From an uncultured Spirochaetota bacterium (GTDB lineage Bacteria; Spirochaetota; Brevinematia; Brevinematales; JAOACQ01): a stretch of 64,000 bases of DNA. The notes beneath the pieces were generated by a model that made no database searches, was not told the DNA's origin, and worked only from the letters and a program-made list of their open reading frames with translations. Positions 48,506 through 58,610 of this stretch are shown piece by piece. The stretch lies in contig CAWCLF010000001.1 of assembly GCA_963796325.1 (NCBI GenBank), positions 2,011,242 to 2,075,241 on the forward strand, read 5' to 3'. The position numbers and the translations under genes were made by a program. The number at the start of each line of letters is the position of its first letter. The first letter of the stretch is position 1.

Positions 48506-49543
48506 ATGATCAGACTGGCCGTCATAGGCTGCGGCGAACATTCACATGTTCATGCAAAGGCTGTATTAAGATCGCCCGGAATCCGTATTACAGCCTGCTG
48601 CGATACGGATGAAAACAGGGCAAAAGACTGGCATTTGAAATACGGCTGCGATGCATATTATACTGATATAGCCGGAATGCTGAAAAAAGAAAATATCGAC
48701 GGGGTGATCATCTGCACCTGGCCTGCACTTCATCTCGATCAAATTAAAATCTGCCTTTCATCAGGAATTAAGAATATACTTTGTGAAAAATCTCTTGCGG
48801 TGTCGGGCAGAGAGGCTTCCGAAATCCACAGGCTCTCGATCAAATACAGGGCTTTCATAATGGAAGCCGCCATGTACCGCCATCATCCCTGCATACGCAG
48901 GCTTGAGAAACTTTTATACGAGGGAAAAAATACCGTTATTGAAAGTATAAACGCCCTGTTCACAAATTATGAAAACGAAGAGGCAAATAAAGGGGAAACG
49001 CTTAACTGGAGGCTCAGGCCCGAGTGCGGCGGCGGGGTCCCTTTCGACTGGCTAAGCTATTGCGTCAGCGCCAGCAATCACTTCAGCGGCTCCAGGCCGA
49101 AACGGGTCTATTCAGCCGGAAGCGTAAACCCTGTTTATAAAGTAATAGACAGCATCTATGGAATAATCGAATATGATAACGGAATTAAAGGGATTGTGGA
49201 ATCGAGCCGCAAGTCTAATTTCAGCCAGATGCTCAGGATAAACTGCAGATCGTGCATATTCGAAATTCCCGTAGCCTGGAACGGCGACAATCGCATTTTC
49301 AGGCACAAAAGGAAAAGAAACTGGAATTTTATATCGACGGATGTGATCCGTTTAAAAATTAAGAACCCATACGAATTGCAGATTAAAAATTTTTGTTCCG
49401 TTATAAAAGGCAGGGGGAAACCTCTTGTTCCGCTTGATGAATCGGTAATCAATATCTATACTATAGAGGCCCTTAACAACAGTCTGACAAGCGGAAATCC
49501 TGTTTTGATTAATATTCCCGAACAGGATTTAAAATCTGTTTAA
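48506..49543 (+). CDS. Gfo/Idh/MocA family NAD(P)-dependent oxidoreductase
   Basis: N-terminal Rossmann motif IRLAVIGCGEHSHVHAKAV and the conserved EKS motif (ILCEKSLA). Confidence 0.8.
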   Translation: MIRLAVIGCGEHSHVHAKAVLRSPGIRITACCDTDENRAKDWHLKYGCDAYYTDIAGMLKKENIDGVIICTWPALHLDQIKICLSSGIKNILCEKSLAVSGREASEIHRLSIKYRAFIMEAAMYRHHPCIRRLEKLLYEGKNTVIESINALFTNYENEEANKGETLNWRLRPECGGGVPFDWLSYCVSASNHFSGSRPKRVYSAGSVNPVYKVIDSIYGIIEYDNGIKGIVESSRKSNFSQMLRINCRSCIFEIPVAWNGDNRIFRHKRKRNWNFISTDVIRLKIKNPYELQIKNFCSVIKGRGKPLVPLDESVINIYTIEALNNSLTSGNPVLINIPEQDLKSV

Positions 49544-49600
49544 AAAATCATCCTGATGCAGGTACCGTTTTCATATTATTACTATTTTCAGGAGATAATG

Positions 49601-50731
49601 ATGCAGTACAGGAAATTCGGCAGGACTGGTTTTCAGGTTTCCGCCCTTGGATTCGGATGCATGAGGCTCCCGGTTTTACAGGGACCGGGGGATATTATCG
49701 ATGAAAGTGAAGCCGTGCGCATGATCCGGCATTCGATCGAAAGCGGGGTTAATTATATAGATACCGCCTACTCTTACCATAACGGAAACAGCGAAATAGT
49801 AACCGGTAAAGCACTTTGCGACGGATACAGGCAGAAAGTAAAACTTGCAACAAAATCCCCGGTCTGGTTCATTAACAAACCTGAAGATTTCGACAGGTAT
49901 CTCGATGAACAGCTCGGAAAACTCTTAACAGATCATATTGATTACTATCTTTTACATGGTCTCAATAAGCCCAGGTGGAAAGATATCCTGGACCTGGGAA
50001 TAATCCGCAAAGCCGAAGAGGCCCTGAAAAGCGGTAAAATCGGCCATATAGGTTTTTCCTTTCATGACGAGTACAACTCTTTCAAGGAAATTATTGACAG
50101 GTATGATAAATGGGATTTCTGCCAGATCCAGTATAATTATCTGGATATCGGGAATCAGGCCGGCATGAAAGGATTGAAATATGCAGCATCGAAGGGGCTT
50201 GCCGTAGTAGTTATGGAACCGCTCCTCGGAGGCAGGCTTGCAAACCCGCCCGATGATATCCTCCGGGTATTGAGAGATTCAGGATCTTTGAAATCCCCGG
50301 TGGAACTGGCGATGAAATGGATATGGGACCAGCCGGAAGTAACTGTGATTTTAAGCGGTATGACCACGATGGAGCAGGTAAAACAAAATCTCGATCTTGC
50401 CGGATCTTCAGATTCTACATTGTCTTTAATCGATAATGAAGCAATTAATAAGCTCCGTGAAAAATACAAGGAAAGGTTCCCCATACCATGTACCCGCTGC
50501 AACTACTGCATGCCCTGCCCTAACGGGATTAATATTCCATGGAATTTTGAGCTCTTCAACGACGGAATGGGCCACAACGATCTGCCCAGAGCGAGTATTA
50601 TGTATAAACAATTCATGGGCGAGCATGAAAGAGCCGGAACCTGCATCGAATGCGGTGAATGCAGTGAAAAATGCCCCCAGAATATAGATATAGGCTCATG
50701 GATGACCAGGATTCATGCGGCACTGGGTTAA
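49601..50731 (+). CDS. Aldo/keto reductase fused to a C-terminal 4Fe-4S cluster domain
   Basis: MQYRKFGRTGFQVSALGFGCMRLP, IDTAYSYHNG and DYYLLHG. The C-terminus has CTRCNYCMPCP and CIECGECSEKCP. GGAGA SD. The ORF track start at 49556 is probably too early. Confidence 0.85.
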   Translation: MQYRKFGRTGFQVSALGFGCMRLPVLQGPGDIIDESEAVRMIRHSIESGVNYIDTAYSYHNGNSEIVTGKALCDGYRQKVKLATKSPVWFINKPEDFDRYLDEQLGKLLTDHIDYYLLHGLNKPRWKDILDLGIIRKAEEALKSGKIGHIGFSFHDEYNSFKEIIDRYDKWDFCQIQYNYLDIGNQAGMKGLKYAASKGLAVVVMEPLLGGRLANPPDDILRVLRDSGSLKSPVELAMKWIWDQPEVTVILSGMTTMEQVKQNLDLAGSSDSTLSLIDNEAINKLREKYKERFPIPCTRCNYCMPCPNGINIPWNFELFNDGMGHNDLPRASIMYKQFMGEHERAGTCIECGECSEKCPQNIDIGSWMTRIHAALG

Positions 50732-50762
50732 AATTATAACCGTTACCATTGGAGGTGGAATT

Positions 50763-51140
50763 ATGGATAAAGTAGTTCATTTTGAAATTCCTTTCGATGA
50801 CAAAAACAGGGCATCGAAATTCTATTCAGGGATTTTCGGATGGGAGCTTATTGATATTCCGGAGATGGATTACATGATGGTTCACGCGGCCCGGACCGGT
50901 AAAGACAATATGGTAACGGAAAAGGGCGCGATTAACGGCGGCCTGTTTCCGAGGAATAAGGAAGCCAGGGTACCGATTGTCGTTATCGGTGTAGAGTCCG
51001 TGGACGAGACTGTCAGTAAAGTCATTGCAGCAGGAGGAAAGCTTATTACACCCAAGCAGAGAATCCCTAACGGCTCATATGCCCGGGTGGCTGATTGCGA
51101 AGGGAACGTCATAGGACTGGCGGACTCTTCTAAGAGTTGA
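50763..51140 (+). CDS. VOC (glyoxalase/bleomycin-resistance fold) family protein
   Basis: GGAGG SD 7 nt before the ATG at 50763. VHFEIPFDDKNRASKFYSGIFGWEL and DCEGNVIGL. Confidence 0.8.
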   Translation: MDKVVHFEIPFDDKNRASKFYSGIFGWELIDIPEMDYMMVHAARTGKDNMVTEKGAINGGLFPRNKEARVPIVVIGVESVDETVSKVIAAGGKLITPKQRIPNGSYARVADCEGNVIGLADSSKS

Positions 51141-51211
51141 ATATTTACAGATCGATAATTATATTAAATGCATCAAATAATTTTATTCCGAATAAACAAA
51201 GGAGATGAAAA

Positions 51212-52474
51212 ATGAAACAATTAACAGTATTGATCCTGACGGCAGTTTTACTCACCGCTTCGTATGCTCTCGCCGCTCCCCAGCACAATTCACAGAATAA
51301 TAATAACAGCAAGAAACCGGTTCCAACCAAAACAAGCAGCCAGACGTCTAACCAGGGTAAACAAACGAAGACATCTGCACGGCAGCCGGTGATAATCAAT
51401 ATTAAAAGTCCGTCCAGCGGGGGTCATAACCGCAATTTTCCATCCCAGCAGCCGAACAATGTACGCCAGCAGCCTTACTCCGCACCCGCTTACGGCAAAC
51501 TGCAGCTGGCGCCCGATAAAACAGGACAACAGTTGAACCGGAATCCTGTTAAACCCGGCGTTACAATTAACCAGAAGCCGGGAGTGAATAATACCAGTAT
51601 GAATGCCAGTGTAAGCCATCATCATCCGTACGAACCGAATTATGTACGCCAAAAATTAAAAAAGATCGGGGTGACATCGGAACCCGGTTACATCGTAAAC
51701 AGGGAAGAAGTTGTCCATACAGACAGGGCACATTCCATCATTCAATTTCCAAAACAAAACTATGACAATAACCCCCTGAATGCAACTGCATTTTCTTCAC
51801 GTCATTTCAATGATAATATTATCCGTACGCATATGTCGCAGGTCGACAGTATAGTTTGGCAGAACAGGATCCGGAGTTTCAACCAGTCAGAAAACCAGCC
51901 CAACCGATATTACTGGCATACCGATAATAATTTCAATTATTGCCATTATATTGATAATTCGGGTTATCACTGGTACGGCTGGTATATCGGCAGTAAATTT
52001 TTCTGGACACGCATTTTCAACAACCGCTGGTGGTGGTATGATGCCGATTATGACCGCTGGTGTTTCTGGAATAACGGCTTCTGGTGGTGGCAGGATCCTT
52101 ATCACGTAGGAGATCTTTACTGTTACAACGACGCCAATTATATACCTGTTAACTCTTCCGAGGATAATGTCGCAGTAACAGTGCCGGATAACAATAATAC
52201 TCATAATTTTACAAGTCCGGACAATACACGGATTGTAAAAGTTGTTAACGACACACAGGATGCTTTCCTGTACGATGCTTCAAATCCCCCTGCATTCAAC
52301 CCGATTTACCTGGCTTCAGGGGTTCAGGACGTGATGTTTTCTGATCCTTCCAACGGCAGGCCGCTTGAAATAATATTAAAACTCAACGACCAGTCTTTCG
52401 ATATGTTTGACGGTAACGGAAACTCCTATAACCCGTCTCCTGTGGAAGAACAGACAAACCAGGCCGGGCAATAG
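51212..52474 (+). CDS. Secreted hypothetical protein: Q/N/P-rich region plus a Trp-rich aromatic domain
   Basis: AAGGAG SD and signal peptide MKQLTVLILTAVLLTASYALA. A ~110-aa low-complexity Q/N/P/K segment is followed by HWYGWYIGSKFFWTRIFNNRWWWYDADYDRWCFWNNGFWWWQDPYH. Confidence 0.6.
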   Translation: MKQLTVLILTAVLLTASYALAAPQHNSQNNNNSKKPVPTKTSSQTSNQGKQTKTSARQPVIINIKSPSSGGHNRNFPSQQPNNVRQQPYSAPAYGKLQLAPDKTGQQLNRNPVKPGVTINQKPGVNNTSMNASVSHHHPYEPNYVRQKLKKIGVTSEPGYIVNREEVVHTDRAHSIIQFPKQNYDNNPLNATAFSSRHFNDNIIRTHMSQVDSIVWQNRIRSFNQSENQPNRYYWHTDNNFNYCHYIDNSGYHWYGWYIGSKFFWTRIFNNRWWWYDADYDRWCFWNNGFWWWQDPYHVGDLYCYNDANYIPVNSSEDNVAVTVPDNNNTHNFTSPDNTRIVKVVNDTQDAFLYDASNPPAFNPIYLASGVQDVMFSDPSNGRPLEIILKLNDQSFDMFDGNGNSYNPSPVEEQTNQAGQ

Positions 52475-52499
52475 CAAGCATCTGCAGCCATTATAATCC

Positions 52500-52528
52500 T
52501 TGACAGTATAATAGTTTCCATCTATAAT
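52500..52528 (+). promoter_or_regulatory. Perfect-consensus sigma70-type promoter upstream of cimA
   Basis: TTGACA (52500..52505), 17-nt spacer, TATAAT (52523..52528). It lies about 47 nt upstream of the TTG start, which is preceded by a GGAGG SD. Confidence 0.6.
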
Positions 52529-52575
52529 TTCTCTTTCTGATTTAAGGTACTGCAGATTAAAAACGGAGGTTCCAA

Positions 52576-54162
52576 TTGGGAGGCAGCATCTTCATTTATG
52601 ACACTACTCTGCGGGACGGCAAGCAGGCCGAGGGAATAAATTTTTCCACAGTGGATATGATAGCCATAGCCAAAAAACTCGACTGGTTCGGCGTAGATTA
52701 CATCGAAGGCGGCTGGCCGGGAGCAAATCCTAAGGATAACATTTTCTTCGATGAGGTCCGGAAGATCGAGTTAAAAAATGCCAGGATCGCCGCGTTCGGC
52801 AGTACAAGACATGCAAAAAACAAAGTCGGCGAAGACAGCAATATCAAAGCGCTGCTCGATGCCAAAACTCCTGTAATTACTATTTTCGGAAAAGCATGGG
52901 CCTTGCATGTCAGGGATGTATTCCGGATCGAGCTCAGGGAAAACCTTGAACTGATAAGCGATTCCATTTCATATCTTTTAGACCATAAAAAAGAAGTCAT
53001 TTTCGATGCAGAACATTTCTTCGACGGTTACCAGGATAATCCCGAATATTCGCTGGAAGTTCTCAGGACAGCCGAAAAATCCGGAGCAGGAACTATTGTT
53101 CTCTGCGACACGAACGGCGGAATGCTGCCCTACCAGATTGCCCAGATAATGACAAAAATCAGGAATGAAATAAAAACACCGCTGGGTATTCACTGTCATA
53201 ATGACAGCGATTGCGCAGTAGCAAACAGTATCGAAGCCGTTAAAAACGGAGCGGTACAGGTACAGGGAACAATGAACGGGATAGGCGAAAGGTGCGGCAA
53301 CGCCAATTTATGTTCGATAATACCCGATCTTATGTTTAAAATGAATTGTACATTCGCAGGCATAACCGGTGAACGGCTGAAAAAACTGGTAGAACTGTCT
53401 CATTTTATGTATGAAATCGCAAATATGGCCCCTGACGGCAAACAGCCTTACACAGGCATAAGTGCTTTTACTCATAAAGCCGGTGTTCATGCAAATGCGA
53501 TGGAAAAAAATAAGAAAACTTACGAACATATACCTCCCGAATCGGTCGGCAACAAAAGAAGGATTCTTATATCCGAACAGGCAGGCAAGTCGAGCATTCT
53601 CGAGAAGGCCAGGGAAATGGGTATTTCGATACAAAAACAATTTATCCCGCATCTTGTCGACCGCATCAAGGAACTCGAAAATATGGGATACGAATTTGAA
53701 GGCGCCGATGCCTCATTTGAAATCCTGGTCAAAAAAATTTCCGGCATATTCAAGGAAAAATTCTATGTCGAGTCTTTTAAATCATTTACATACATAAGAG
53801 AAGGCACCAATCCCGTTATTGAAGCAACGGTCAAAGTAAAGGTGGGAAATCTCGAGGAATTGACCGTAGCGGAAGGCGACGGCCCTATAAACGCCCTCGA
53901 TACCGCTCTTAAAAATGCCCTGTCGGTATTTTACCCGGTCGTTAAAAATATATCCCTGCTGGATTATAAGGTCAGGATTTTGAATCCAAAAGCCGGCACT
54001 GCCGCTATAACCAGGGTCCTGATATTTTTCCGTTATAACGGTTTTGAGTGGGGTACTGTAGGGGTATCGGGCAATATTATCGAGGCAAGCTGGCAGGCTC
54101 TTGTTGACAGCATGAATTATATCCTTATGAAAATTGAAACGGATAAAAATATTTTAATATGA
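52576..54162 (+). CDS. cimA: (R)-citramalate synthase (LeuA/CimA family, TIGR00977-like)
   Basis: IYDTTLRDGKQAEGINFS, YIEGGWPGANPKD and HCHNDSDCAVANS. 528 aa with a LeuA-dimer-type C-terminal domain. TTG start 6 nt after GGAGG. Confidence 0.8.
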   Translation: MGGSIFIYDTTLRDGKQAEGINFSTVDMIAIAKKLDWFGVDYIEGGWPGANPKDNIFFDEVRKIELKNARIAAFGSTRHAKNKVGEDSNIKALLDAKTPVITIFGKAWALHVRDVFRIELRENLELISDSISYLLDHKKEVIFDAEHFFDGYQDNPEYSLEVLRTAEKSGAGTIVLCDTNGGMLPYQIAQIMTKIRNEIKTPLGIHCHNDSDCAVANSIEAVKNGAVQVQGTMNGIGERCGNANLCSIIPDLMFKMNCTFAGITGERLKKLVELSHFMYEIANMAPDGKQPYTGISAFTHKAGVHANAMEKNKKTYEHIPPESVGNKRRILISEQAGKSSILEKAREMGISIQKQFIPHLVDRIKELENMGYEFEGADASFEILVKKISGIFKEKFYVESFKSFTYIREGTNPVIEATVKVKVGNLEELTVAEGDGPINALDTALKNALSVFYPVVKNISLLDYKVRILNPKAGTAAITRVLIFFRYNGFEWGTVGVSGNIIEASWQALVDSMNYILMKIETDKNILI

Positions 54163-54241
54163 GATCGACCGGCCGGCCGCATATAATCCAAATCGAGCCG
54201 GTTTAATAAAAGTACAAAGTTCTGATTTAGGAGACAGAAAA

Positions 54242-55285
54242 ATGAGATATATCTGGATCATTATTTTTATGGGCCTGACATTGACCTGCCGGGCTGTTAT
54301 AGTTGACTCCATAGTTGCCAATGTAGGCAAGTATTCAATCTCGAAATATGACTTGCAGAGGATGGGGGAATTCCTGCAGATAAGTAAATCTACCAATAAC
54401 GCCTTTATTGAATTATTATCGAGTTACGCTCTTTTCACGGCAGTGGAAACCGACCCCGAAATAATTTACCGGAACAATGAGGTGGATAACTTTATTACAT
54501 CGCTGACGAACTCTACAAACTCAAACGATCCGTCGTTCAAAATGAGGCAGCAGCTTTTTCATGATTATCCCGGCGAATACACGATAGAAATCAAAAGAAA
54601 TACAATGACAAGGTCCCTTGGATTTTATAAGACAAATTTTAAGGCAATGTCAGACCAGCCTATCCCTGATAATGAATTAAAGGATTTCTACGCCAAAAAC
54701 AAAAAATATTTTACCGATCCTCCCAAATTGGATATGATAGTAGTTTCACTGCCGCAGCCTCCGGAAGCCGATCTCGACACTCTTGCAAAAATTGAAAATA
54801 TTCTTACAGCCATTACTAACAGTCTTTACAGAACCGACGATATAAATCCGGTTCTCGATAAATACAGGAAAATTATTAATTTTGAACCTTATTCCGGCAG
54901 GACAGGATTAAAGGATGTCTACGAGATATTTCGTTCGGGATGCCCTGAAGAGCTCATCAATATAGCCCTTATGAAGAGTATTCCGCAGCGTTCGAGCCCC
55001 CCGATCATAGTTAAAAACGGGACCATAATCGGCTATGAAAAATATATTTTTAAAAATTCACCAAATAAGGTGCATTATTTTATAGTTAAACTGATCAGCA
55101 GGAAAATGGAACAGCAAAGCACATTTGAAGAGGCAAAACCCTCGATCATTAATTTGCTGAAAGACGAGAAGCTTCTTAGTCTTATCCAGAAATATGTCAC
55201 TGATAAGATAATCCGGGGAGAGATTCCGGTCGATATTGTCGATAAATCTTATGAAGGAGTTTATGATGAATATTTACGAAGGTAA
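54242..55285 (+). CDS. Periplasmic SurA-N-like chaperone-type protein (tentative)
   Basis: Signal peptide MRYIWIIIFMGLTLTCRA followed by VDSIVANVGKYSISKYDL, resembling the SurA N-terminal domain. No clear parvulin PPIase signature was recognised. Confidence 0.45.
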   Translation: MRYIWIIIFMGLTLTCRAVIVDSIVANVGKYSISKYDLQRMGEFLQISKSTNNAFIELLSSYALFTAVETDPEIIYRNNEVDNFITSLTNSTNSNDPSFKMRQQLFHDYPGEYTIEIKRNTMTRSLGFYKTNFKAMSDQPIPDNELKDFYAKNKKYFTDPPKLDMIVVSLPQPPEADLDTLAKIENILTAITNSLYRTDDINPVLDKYRKIINFEPYSGRTGLKDVYEIFRSGCPEELINIALMKSIPQRSSPPIIVKNGTIIGYEKYIFKNSPNKVHYFIVKLISRKMEQQSTFEEAKPSIINLLKDEKLLSLIQKYVTDKIIRGEIPVDIVDKSYEGVYDEYLRR

Positions 55286-55730
55286 ATTATCGGCTAAAGG
55301 AATCCGCCTTGCCGTAATTCTCTCTAAATTCAATTCTTTTGTAGGAGACAAACTCCTTGACGGCGCAGTCAATGCCTTTTCCCAGCTGGGAGGCGATCCT
55401 GATTCTCTCGATGTTTACAAGGTGCCGGGCAGCTTCGAAATCTCCGGACTGTGCAGGAAGCTGTTAAATACAAAAAAATATAACGCTTTAGTCTGCCTTG
55501 GCGTTATAATCAGGGGACAGACCCCCCATTTCGAATATATCGCCTCAAATTCGGCAAAATCGATAATGGAACTCTCTTCCGAAGGCACGATCCCCGTCAT
55601 TTACGGTTTGATAACGGCAGACGACATTGACCAGGCTATGGACAGGGCGGGTACAAAGAGCGGAAACAAGGGCTACAATGCCGTTCTTTCAGCGGTTGAA
55701 ATGGCAAGTATATATTCTCAAATTAAATAG
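55266..55730 (+). CDS. ribH: 6,7-dimethyl-8-ribityllumazine synthase
   Basis: IRLAVILSKFNSFVGDKLLDGA, VPGSFEI and GQTPHFEYI. AAGGAG SD 6 nt before the ATG at 55266. It overlaps the upstream gene's 3' end. Confidence 0.92.
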   Translation: MNIYEGKLSAKGIRLAVILSKFNSFVGDKLLDGAVNAFSQLGGDPDSLDVYKVPGSFEISGLCRKLLNTKKYNALVCLGVIIRGQTPHFEYIASNSAKSIMELSSEGTIPVIYGLITADDIDQAMDRAGTKSGNKGYNAVLSAVEMASIYSQIK

Positions 55731-55745
55731 AGGAACAATTATTTA

Positions 55746-56237
55746 ATGTCTTCCGGTAAACTTGGAACGCGTGAACTCGGGAGGGAACTTGTATTTCTCG
55801 CCCTTTATATACATGACGCTCATTCTTTCTCACCGGATGAAATTAAGGACTTCGACTGGTATGATAAAATGGCTGGAATATCCGATGATGAGGAAGACTT
55901 GCTGTTCATTCCGGTTAAAAGGCGGAAAGAAATTTATGAATTCGGACTGGAATTATTAAACGGCACACTGTCCAACCTGGAAAGGATCGATTCTATAATA
56001 AAAAAACACCTGGTAAATTGGAGTTTTAACAGGCTTCATTCCGTAGATAAAGCAATTCTGCGGCTTTCTGTATATTCTATATTATACAGATACGACATAC
56101 CGGCTGAAGTAACGATTAAAGAGGCAAACGAGCTTTCAGATGCTTACAGCGATGAAAATTCATCCAACTATATTAACGGCATTCTGCATAATGTTAAACT
56201 TGAATACAGGAAAAATGTCCTGATCGACAATTCCTGA
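55746..56237 (+). CDS. nusB: Transcription antitermination factor NusB
   Basis: RELGRELVFLALY..., DKAILRLSVYSIL and NGILHNV. Conserved ribH-nusB synteny. Confidence 0.85.
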   Translation: MSSGKLGTRELGRELVFLALYIHDAHSFSPDEIKDFDWYDKMAGISDDEEDLLFIPVKRRKEIYEFGLELLNGTLSNLERIDSIIKKHLVNWSFNRLHSVDKAILRLSVYSILYRYDIPAEVTIKEANELSDAYSDENSSNYINGILHNVKLEYRKNVLIDNS

Positions 56238-56282
56238 GATATCAATCGCTGTCAGCCATATATTCATCATGAGAGGCGGGTT

Positions 56283-56870
56283 TTGGGCAGGAAAAAAAAA
56301 GGGCTGAAACAGACTAAAAGACAAATAAAATGGCGAGCGTTTGATAAAAATTTTATTCATTTTTTGTCAAAGAGAAGGTTTCGGTTTTTAACGGCATTTA
56401 TGCGTCTCATGAGCAGGATCGGAAACGGCTACCTGTGGCTGTTTCTATGTTTATTATTTATCCTTATAGGACTTCTCCAGGAAGGCGAATTCACGACCGG
56501 AGGTGAAGTATCTACAGGATTGGCGCTTTCATTAGGATCGCTTGTGCAGGTTTTTTTACAGATAATAATCAAGCGCATATTCAACAGGCAAAGGCCCTAT
56601 GTAAAGCATGAAGATATTTCCAAAGCAATAAAGCCCCCGGACAGGTTCTCTTTTCCTTCAGGTCATACGGCGGGAGCTTTTACAATCGCATTTGTCCTGT
56701 ACTATTACCACCCTCTTCTGTCGATACCTTTTTTTATAATTGCCGGTCTTATCGCATTCTCGAGGATGTACCTGGGAGTTCATTACCCTTCCGATATACT
56801 GGCGGGAATATTACTTGGTTTTGTAAGCTCCAGTCTGGGCATCTATCTTTCACTTTTGATCAGTTTCTAA
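56283..56870 (+). CDS. PAP2-family phosphatase (undecaprenyl-diphosphatase / lipid phosphatase type)
   Basis: PAP2 motifs KRIFNRQRP, PSGHTAGAF and SRMYLGVHYPSDILAG. The start is uncertain (TTG at 56283, with no in-frame ATG before the conserved N-terminal region). Confidence 0.8.
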   Translation: MGRKKKGLKQTKRQIKWRAFDKNFIHFLSKRRFRFLTAFMRLMSRIGNGYLWLFLCLLFILIGLLQEGEFTTGGEVSTGLALSLGSLVQVFLQIIIKRIFNRQRPYVKHEDISKAIKPPDRFSFPSGHTAGAFTIAFVLYYYHPLLSIPFFIIAGLIAFSRMYLGVHYPSDILAGILLGFVSSSLGIYLSLLISF

Positions 56871-56885
56871 TGCGGGAGAAATCAA

Positions 56886-58610
56886 ATGATTGATTATACC
56901 CGGTTAAATAAAGCATCGGATACATTCCCGCATATAGTCAGGACAAAAGACAATCTCTACACAGTCAGGATCAACAATCGATTTGTCCACAGTTACTATA
57001 CATGCGCCAGGGAAGCGATGCGCCTGGTAGAAGATATTTTAAAACTTGAACGGGATAAAACCCTTGTGATACTTCTCGGAGCCGGATTAGGATATCATAT
57101 AGAGATCCTTGAAAAAGAAGGTTTTAAAAAACTTATTATAATAGAGCAGGATAAAGAAATTTATTCGATATTCAAAAGTATCTACAATGTAGGCGCAGGA
57201 ACATACGTAATATCGCCTGATGATGAAGCTTCAAGGATCGATGCCGTTTTTTCTCTTCTGGACATTGAAAATCTGAAAAACATTAAAACGGTAATTTTAA
57301 GGGGTTCTTATGATAAGGAAGTTTACAGACCCTTCGAGGAAAGAATAGAAAGGATACTTCAGGTCAAACTTGGAGATTTTTCGACAAGGCTGAAATTCGA
57401 GGAAATATGGTTTATCAATATAATAAAGAACATTGCCAATATTAAAAAATCACTGCCTGTAAAGAGGCTGTTCGGGGCTTTTAAAAATGTGCCTGTTCTT
57501 GTAATTTCTGCCGGTCCGTCTTTAAAGGACTCGATTACCGCTATAAGAGAATTCGAAGGCCGATGCATCATAATCGCAGTAGATACGGCTCTGTCAGTAT
57601 TATATGAAGCCGGTATAACACCGGATTTCATATATTCGCTCGATTCCCAGGTATATAACCTCAGCGATTTCAGCATGATACCGGACGATTATTTAAAAAA
57701 TACCAGGCTCGTCTACGACATCGTTGTCAATCCGCTCCTGCCGGGCCGCTTTAATTCTCTTTATGAAAATGCAGATAATTATACAATCGCTGCAAATACA
57801 GCCCATCTCGATTTTGATTATAACGGCAATTCATACCTCATTAAAAACGACCTTGTCAACTGGATTGAAACTGCCGGGGGTTTCAGGATAGGCGATATAG
57901 AGACCGGCGGATCGGTTTCAACTTCCGCATTTTATTTAGCCTACCAGATGGGCGGAAACCCGATAATACTTGCAGGCCAGGACCTGGCTTATACCGGGCT
58001 ATGTTCTCATTCTGTTTCGACTTCACATTTTTATAAATTTATCAGGAACAGCTCAAGATTGAAAACTCTCCAGAGCATTTTTATGAATATCCTTTTTTCC
58101 AGAAAATTTTCGGAAACATCCCCTCTTTACAAATACGGAGAAAATGACGGAGTCTTATATACGGATTTCGTCCTGAATAATTTCAGGGGGTGGTTTGAAG
58201 AATCGGCGGCAAGTATAATTAAATTCAACTCTGATATCGATCTTATCAATGCCAGCGGGCAGGGAACCATTATTAAAGGATTCAAGCCGCAAAAACTTGG
58301 CGAATATTTAAATGAAAACAATTTCCCGAAGATAGACAAAGTAAAACTTTCCGGCTCATTTTTGATAGATTCTAAAAAAATAGATAAAATTATAACCATG
58401 CTTAAACCGCTTGGAAATTACATTAATGAGCTCGAAGCTGATCCGGCAGTCTTCGAATCGATAGAAAATTCGGAATGGAAATTTATAAGGCGTTATTTTA
58501 TGAGGGAAAAAATAATTTATGAAAGATATGGTAATTGCGACAAGATAAATATTGAAAGGAAACTGCATAGACTGATAAAAGCGATAGAGGAAATAAATCA
58601 TGAGAAATGA
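56886..58610 (+). CDS. DUF115 / MptE-like (motility-accessory-factor Maf-like) protein
   Basis: The central segment VPVLVISAGPSLKDSITAIREFEGRCIIIAVDTALSVLYEAGITPDFIYSLDSQ matches the DUF115 (6-hydroxymethylpterin diphosphokinase MptE-like) core. Confidence 0.65.
   Translation: MIDYTRLNKASDTFPHIVRTKDNLYTVRINNRFVHSYYTCAREAMRLVEDILKLERDKTLVILLGAGLGYHIEILEKEGFKKLIIIEQDKEIYSIFKSIYNVGAGTYVISPDDEASRIDAVFSLLDIENLKNIKTVILRGSYDKEVYRPFEERIERILQVKLGDFSTRLKFEEIWFINIIKNIANIKKSLPVKRLFGAFKNVPVLVISAGPSLKDSITAIREFEGRCIIIAVDTALSVLYEAGITPDFIYSLDSQVYNLSDFSMIPDDYLKNTRLVYDIVVNPLLPGRFNSLYENADNYTIAANTAHLDFDYNGNSYLIKNDLVNWIETAGGFRIGDIETGGSVSTSAFYLAYQMGGNPIILAGQDLAYTGLCSHSVSTSHFYKFIRNSSRLKTLQSIFMNILFSRKFSETSPLYKYGENDGVLYTDFVLNNFRGWFEESAASIIKFNSDIDLINASGQGTIIKGFKPQKLGEYLNENNFPKIDKVKLSGSFLIDSKKIDKIITMLKPLGNYINELEADPAVFESIENSEWKFIRRYFMREKIIYERYGNCDKINIERKLHRLIKAIEEINHEK

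Noticed and set aside
56292-56300. An A9 homopolymer at the 5' end of the PAP2 gene as a possible phase-variation switch.
   Set aside because: It encodes KKK in a basic N-terminus. The gene start itself is uncertain, and there is no evidence of length variation from a single sequence. A similar A9 at 8585..8593 is at a gene's extreme 3' end.
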